Part shown: piece by piece, positions 57,219-64,000 of the stretch
Position numbering within the stretch: position 1 is the stretch's first letter
How the letters are laid out: every line of letters starts with the position of its first letter
NCBI GenBank assembly: GCA_024137785.1
Contig: JAHRHZ010000140.1
Location: forward strand, 26,536,303 to 26,600,302
Reading direction: 5' to 3'
Source of the DNA: Ginglymostoma cirratum
Taxonomy: Eukaryota
DNA: 64,000 bases
The notes under the pieces: generated by a model
Database searches by the model: none
What the model was told of the DNA's origin: nothing
The model's input: the letters and a program-made list of their open reading frames with translations, nothing else
Made by a program: the position numbers and the translations under genes

Positions 57219-59814
57219 GTTTAATGAGGGTTGGGTTAGTTGATGAAGTTTACGTAGATTTCAGCAAGGCCTTCAACAGGATCCCATGTGAGAAACTGAT
57301 AAAGGAGGTAAAACTTAGTGGGATACACAGTAACTTGACAAATTGGATCCAAAATTAGTTTAGAGACAGGAGGCAGAGAGTGGTGGTAAAAAGCTGTTTG
57401 TGTGACTGGATCCCAGTTTGCAGTTGTGTACCACAGAGATCAGTGTTGGGTCTCTTATTATTTGCATTAATCATAAATGATTTTGATGAGAATGTAGGGT
57501 GTGGGGAGGCTGGTAAGTAATGGTAATGACAGTGAGGAGGAAGGTGATACATTATTGGAAATATAAACAGATTGGTTAGGTGGGCAGAGCAGCGGCAGAT
57601 GGAATTTAACCTTGATAAATGTGAGGGGATGCTCTTTAGACAAAGGAACAAGATAAGGGAGTACTCAATGAATTTCAAAACACTAGGAAGCTCACAGGAC
57701 AGAGGGATCTTAGGGTGCTTGTCCACAGATCACCGGAGCTGGCAAGACAGGTTAATAGGATAGTTAAAAAGGTATACAGGATTTATTAGACATGGCATAG
57801 ATTACAAGAGCAGGGTGATTATTTTGGAGCTTTACATAACTTTGGTTAGGCCACAGGTGGGGTAGTATGTGCAGTTCTGGTCACCACACTATAGGAAGGA
57901 TGTGGAGTGGGTACAAAAGAGATTCACTAGGAGGCTGCCTGGGATGAAGAGGCTGGATCAGCTCAGATTGTTTTCTTTGGAGCAGAGAAGGTTAAGGGGG
58001 TCCTGAGAGAGGTGTATAAGATTATGATGGGCTTGGATGGGGTGAACAGAAAGCAGTTGTTCCCTTTGGTTAAACAGACAATAACAAGGGCATATAATGT
58101 GAATGTGAAAGGCAGGACAGGATGTTAACAGGGGATTTGAGGAAAAACCTTTAAACCCAGTGTGATGGGTGTTGGAATGCACTGCCTGGGAGGGTAATTG
58201 AGGTGGGAAACCTCAGCTGTTAGAAAGCACTTGGACAGGCACCTGAAATGCCATAGCATTCAGGGCTATGAGCCGAGAGCTGGAAAGTGGGAGTAGTGTT
58301 AGTAGTATAGGTAGTTCTCCTATAACTCGATAGTTGCATTCTTACACTGCCTCACACTATAGAAAATCACGCTATAGGGAAATCGCTATAGGAAATTGCT
58401 TCATTAAAAGAAAACCAGGACAAAATACACCTTTTAAAACCATAGTATCATCACACTGGTTTTTGCATCCTGATCACCTAAACCAAGGTCATCTCTAACT
58501 GCTCCACCAATGCCATCCTTACTTAATAGTCCTACCGCTTCACCTTCATATAGCTTTCTATTCTTCTTGAATGTTATTTACCTTTCCACATTTCGGACTG
58601 AATCTTGGTTATCATGCAACCTCAGCCTTATCTCCTTAAGAGTAATCAATTCCCCTCATATTTTTACTCCTCCCATAATATCGATGATATTTTGTTTGTC
58701 TATGTCTGTCTGTGTGTATGTATGGGCACTTAAGAAGATAATCCCAGGTGAAGTGAAGCTTGAGTATCAACATATTTTCCCAAGTGGATTCTGACACCAT
58801 TTACATTGCATCTGCAATACAAACATTTGTCTCAATGGTAACTATCCCACCAAACCCCTACATCCCCAAGAAAGGAGGTTTGGCTACCTGATTCACACGG
58901 TACTAAACATTTTTAACCAATTTTAAAATAGTGGACAATTAAAGAGTCAATGCTGCTTCATACAACATCTATTAACGATATCAAAACTCCTAACTCCAAA
59001 CTACTAAGGAAAATCTTTTGGCAAGCAAAAAGCATTAACCTGAAATTGTACCCTCTGCACAAATTCAAGTCCTTTCATTAAAACAGCAAAGCTGAAATTA
59101 TATTTCACCAAAATTCCTCAGAAGACCTTTAATGGAATTTTGAAGAACCTGTTCACAACTCCTGAACTGCCAGTAAGCCAATAACCCAATCTCACAAAGG
59201 AATTTCAGCTGTGGACTTTTGGATTCCATCTTAAATAGGATCCCTTAAATGTTTCATACTCAAGTTGTTGCTAAATTGAAGAAACTCTATTTTTTTCATC
59301 TAATTTCAACATGCATGTTTGCAAACCTTCCTGTGTTGTGAAATATCCACTACCATACCTCATTTCTAAGGGTGAGTGAAAATAAGCCCTACATTTGGTT
59401 AACTTTATAGTGGTGTTGTTGAGATCCTTACTAAAGCAGAGTCCAAAAACAGGGAGAGTGGGGCAATGTGCAACTAATGTTTAAAAAAGGGAAAAATGAA
59501 ATCACAATCTGCTTAGAAAAACATGGTGAGAATAGAAAACTTGAATTCTTCTGTAACAATTTAAGAAATTAATATGAAATCGACCTGTCATTTTACTAGA
59601 GATATTATTTAATCACGAACTTAGAATTTGATAAACATTTTATATTGCTATCACACAATATAATCTCAAGGCAATGATGAGTTGTCATCCCTTACAATGG
59701 TTCTATCCAACACAAGAGTGTATATTTTGAATTAGTAATTGTGAAGTAAACCTCTGGTAATCAATATAATTTGCTGCTCTTGTGTTTCTGGTATAGTGTA
59801 TTTAACTTATTCAA

Positions 59815-59940
59815 GAATGGTTATGGGGATAAGGCAGGAACAGGATACTGATGTGGATGATCAGCCATGATCATAATGAATGGTGGTGCTGGCTCGAAGG
59901 GCCAAATGGCCTACTCTTGCACCTATTGTCTATTGTCTAT
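59815..59940 (+). mobile_element. CR1 3' tail
   Basis: GGTTATGGGGATAAGGCAGG...GATCAGCCATGATC...GGCTCGAAGGGCCAAATGGCCTACTC. Confidence 0.85.
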
Positions 59941-61530
59941 AATGGAAACTAAAACAAGATCCACTTTTAACATTACTGCGTTTGGTAAATCTTTCATTGC
60001 TTCAAGCTGCTTCAAAAGACTTCAATATATATTACAAATTGCAAAATATGTTGGACACTGTCATTACACCCAACTTTAAGTGAAATTTATTCCACTCAGA
60101 ACTGGTGTTCATTCATGTGTTTTGCAACAACATCTGTTTCAACTTTTTGACAGAATGCAAAGACAAAGAAATATGACATCTTCACAGACTCATTCTCAGT
60201 ACAATGTTTCCAATAAGGATAGGTTAAATGTTATACATATGTCGCTATCAAGATCAGCCCACAATGCATCTGGTAATAATTTTGGGCAGCAAAGTGAAAG
60301 CTACTGCTATGTTCCTGTAAGTTTTCCAGACTTGCCCAAATACTCTTAAGAGGCAATACCATTTCATGGAGAGATCACGTTTTATTTTATTAATGGAATA
60401 ATGAAAATAACCTGTAAATATTTGCATATAAGATTTCATCGACAGATAGTAAATTTGTTTATAGTGGCAAGAGCTCCAAGCAGAGTCACATCTGTGGGTA
60501 AAGATCACTGTCAGCTTGTTCATTGATGACACTGAGAAGGTTCAATCAGTTGCTCTACTTTTCATTTAATATTATCCTTGGTCTGTCAACCTTAAAATAT
60601 GGACTGTAACCTTCTGGTAGAATAAATGTTTCCGGTTTTCAGTGAAACAAAATATAACCTTTTGAATTGCAATAAAAGAAAATACCATTAGTGGAGAGAT
60701 GTCACAGGCTTTACTATATTCATATTATGGTTCATCCTTGCACATAACCTCCCAGTCACATTTATCAGTCAGTACCAGTTTGATGTTTTGCTAACACCAG
60801 GAGCTTACTTCCATTCCTCAGGTAAGACTCAACGCCCAATATCTTCTAATCTATTGAGTCAGCCCCACACTGTTCCCGTGATGCAGGCCCATTTCTGTCC
60901 CAATTTGCTGGGGGCGAAAGGGGAAGAAGACAACTGTGGTTTGTTAAAGAGGCAAAAAGCATTCTGTTTTCATGGAAACAGCATTTCTGCAAATTGTGGA
61001 AAGAAGCTGAAGTGGGCTGGTGCCTTAGGCAGGAAACAAATGGAAAATACTGATAAATGGAATAGGGAGGGGTAGTGAGTTAGGAGAACAAATGGTCTGG
61101 TTGAATCATAGATAAACTCAAATGTTTTTAGATTTCCTTTTTGTGAATAAAATTGATAAATTATAACGGAAGAATCAGAGTGCACAACTTTTAAAGTAAC
61201 ACCTTTAAGGTTTATGGGTAGGACAGTCCTATGCCCCAAAAGTACACTAGACATTGAGAAAGGGCACCATAAGAATGTGGAAAGAGTGTAAGACTAACAT
61301 TTCCTGTCTCTGCCTTTGTGTTGATCTACCTGCCATAACCTGTTACAAATACTGACTTTAAAACTGCCCACCTAGTAAGCTCCAATTGTTAGGTAAAATT
61401 ATGAAATTAAAGTTTATTAATGAAATTGATTGATATATTTTGGAAAATGTAGGATCCTTTCATCTGAATGAATGTGATAAATGCAGACAAGGTAGGACTG
61501 ATAAGTGACAAGTAACACACACCCTAGACC

Positions 61531-61838
61531 TAGAATCCCTACAGTATGAAAACAGGCCCTTCAGACCAACAAGTCCACACCAACCCTCAGAGCATCCCAC
61601 CCAGACCATCCCCCTATAACCCACCTAATCTACACATCCCTGAACACTATGGGCAATTTAGCATGGCCAATCCACCTAGCCTGCACATCTTTGGATTGTG
61701 GGAGGAAACCAGTGAACCCAGAGGAAACCCACACAGACACAAGGAGAATGTGCAAACTCCACACAGACATGTGTGGATGGAATCAAAACCAGGTCCCTGG
61801 CACTGTGAGGTAGCAGTGTTAACCACTGAGCCACCATG
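61531..61838 (-). mobile_element. V-SINE (HE1-like)
   Basis: Reverse complement of the 7380-7729 family. Confidence 0.87.
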
Positions 61839-62251
61839 ACAGGTGAACAATCATTTCTAGCAAGAGAGAATCTAACCACTGTCCCTCAACATTGACCAGC
61901 ATTGCCTCCACTGAATCCCTCACTATCAGCATCCTGGGGGTTACCATTGACTAGAAACTGAACTGGATCAACCGTATAAATACTACTTATCTGGCTACAA
62001 GAGCAGGTCAGAAGCTAGGCATTCTGTAGTGAATAATTCACCTCCTGTCTCCTGAAAAGGACAGGTAATACAAGTTAAAATTAATCCCTATAATTAGTAA
62101 ATGGCCTTTATTCTTCAAAGCAAAATTACCTTTTTTAAGTAAGCACTTCAGGATTTATATCTTTCAATATATTTAAAATAAATTAACAGAAATACTTGAA
62201 GCACATGGGATGCTTTTCAGGGCCTGATGGCTCTGGAAGTCATGTTTCTTT

Positions 62252-62371
62252 AAGGTGTGGAGCTGAGTGAACACAGCAGGACAGGCAGCATGATAGTGCC
62301 TGACCTGCTGTGTTCATCCAGCTCAACACCTTGTTATCTCAGACTCCAGCATTAACAGTTCCTACTATCTC
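62252..62371. mobile_element. Subfamily B palindrome with the ribozyme cores deleted
   Basis: AAGGTGTGGAGCTGAGTGAACACAGCAGG...CCTGCTGTGTTCATCCAGCTCAACACCTT followed by the B-type tail CTCCAGCATTAACAGTTCCTACTATCTC. Confidence 0.72.
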
Positions 62372-62589
62372 CTTTGCTTGTAGTTATTTTTAATTAACCT
62401 GTTCTGACATGTTTTGAAACAGGTGGGACTTGAACCTAGGCCTTCTAACTCAGGATTTGGAACACAACTACTGCACCATAAAAGCCACTTCCATACCTTG
62501 TGTATTGGCCCCTCTAGTGTAAATTACCTTTTATTTGAGATTAGTAAGTAATGCACTGCAGTGCTAACTAGAGTTTTGCACTAAATGTT

Positions 62590-63500
62590 TCTGCAACTGT
62601 ACAAGGCATTGGTCAGACTGCACCTTGAGTATCACAATCTTCATACCTTTACTTATGTATGAAAGAGGAATGTAGTTTCATTGGAGACAGTTCAAAGGAC
62701 ATTTATTAGATTCATTCCAGAGATGTTAGTGTTTGGCTTATGAAGATAGATCATGCAGTTTACGCTTATATTCTCTGGAGTGTAGAAGAATGAGAGGAGA
62801 CTTGATTGAGGTATATAATATGCTAAAGGGAATTGACAAAGTGGATATAGAGAAGATGTACCCTCAAATAGGACAATCTAGTTTGAGAGATTGTAGTTTT
62901 TTTTTAATTCATTCACCAGATGTGGGTGTAATTGCGCATCCTATTTGGCTAGAGGGAAGCTAAGAGTCAGCAATGTTTCTGTATGTCTGTAGTCACACAT
63001 AGACCAGTCCAGATAAGATGGTAATTTCCTTCCTTAAAGGATATTAGTGAACCAGATGTTTTTTTTTCTGAAAATTGACAAGAGTTTCATTGTCATTATT
63101 AGACTCTTAATTCCAGATTTTTTGCTGAATTCAAATTCCACTGCAGAATTTGAACACAAGTGCCCAGAACATTACCTGCATTTCTGGATTAATAGTCCAG
63201 TGATTAGGCCTCTAAAACATCAGGATAAGGGGTAGCAGATTTAAAACAGAGATGATGAGAAATTACTTCTCTCAAAGCATCACGAATCTGTGGAATTCAT
63301 TATCCCAGAATGTGGTGGATGCTGGGATATTGAGTAATTTTAAGAAGGAGACAGACAGATTTATAATTAGTAATTGGATCAAGGTTTGTGGAGAGTGGGC
63401 AGGGAAATGAAGTTGAGGTCAAGATAAGATGAGCATGTTCATTATTAAATAGCAAAGCATACTTGAGGAGCCAAATTACTTCCACTTGTTCCGAGTTCTT
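62590..63500 (+). mobile_element. CR1-type LINE 3' fragment with nested insertion at ~62897-63215
   Basis: LYKALVRLHLEY, LYSLECRRMRGDLIEVY motifs; resumes at ~63220. Confidence 0.82.
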
Positions 63501-63519
63501 AATTTCTTAACTGTCTAGC

Positions 63520-64000
63520 CTTTAGCCATCCGTTGGTCACATTGCTTCTGCAACTGTTGATCACTTCAACCGCTACCTCATGTCTGCACTTCATTGCTTT
63601 ATCCACAATGAATCCATACCTATATCTGTGGTTATTCCCCTGGTTAAGGCCCATTATTTGCTCCCTCAAGTCCAAGGCACACTAAATTAAAAATAACCAA
63701 CGCACAACTGGCTTAGCTATTTACTTCATTGCTGGATCTGGTTCGAACATATCTTGAGTTATCTCCTCCCAAAATCATCCTGGGTTGCAGAGAGTTTCTT
63801 TATTCCATGACATTCAATTTCCAACAGACTAATTATCTTTCCCAACTGCCAATATCACCCCTTTGATTCTTTAGTACTTGTAAACTATCATGCAATCTCC
63901 AACCTCCCCATCACCTCCAAAATCCTTCGGCATGCTGTTGCCGCCCAAATCCACCACCTTTCCTCCAACGGCGAGAATCTCTCCAATCAAGCTTATATAT
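63520..64000 (+). mobile_element. Probable L2-like LINE RT fragment
   Basis: NY..ISNLP..SKIL...VAAQI-like motif at ~63885-63955. Confidence 0.5.

Larger units (their letters stand above)
56240..58300 (+). mobile_element. CR1-type LINE, ~2 kb decayed ORF2 plus 3' UTR
   Basis: DWRTANVVPLYKKG, YGPVSL, DFSKAF, WAEQRQMEFNLDKC motifs. Confidence 0.9.

Noticed and set aside
58355-58400. Three ~14-bp imperfect tandem units (CTATAGGAAATCG-like) as a CRISPR-like or satellite array
   Set aside because: No spacers, only three degenerate units, eukaryotic context; probably a DNA-transposon remnant.

Overview
Eukaryotic (vertebrate, very probably shark/elasmobranch) genomic DNA, AT-rich and repeat-dense. 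The whole window lies inside one gene on the minus strand: seven consecutive GT-AG coding exons (85, 151, 89, 124, 197, 180, 298 nt; 1124 nt, in frame) of a CPXM2-like inactive metallocarboxypeptidase (end of discoidin domain, then M14 domain). Flanking exons lie outside the window. The introns contain decayed CR1/L2/RTE LINEs, HE1/V-SINEs, a Deu-domain SINE, a Gypsy gag relic, Harbinger/Myb-SANT relics and candidate conserved non-coding elements. The most striking signal is a family of 12 short (about 95-240 bp) insertions in two subfamilies. Most carry a minimal type-I hammerhead ribozyme core (CUGANGA-A-stem II-GAAAC-GUH). Most have recognisable 10-15 bp target-site duplications, and several are inverted-arm palindromes with a ~35-nt unpaired tail. 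This is the architecture of non-autonomous Penelope-like retroelement termini. Some intact cores are in the sense orientation of the host pre-mRNA. All calls were made by eye; no alignment or database search was run.
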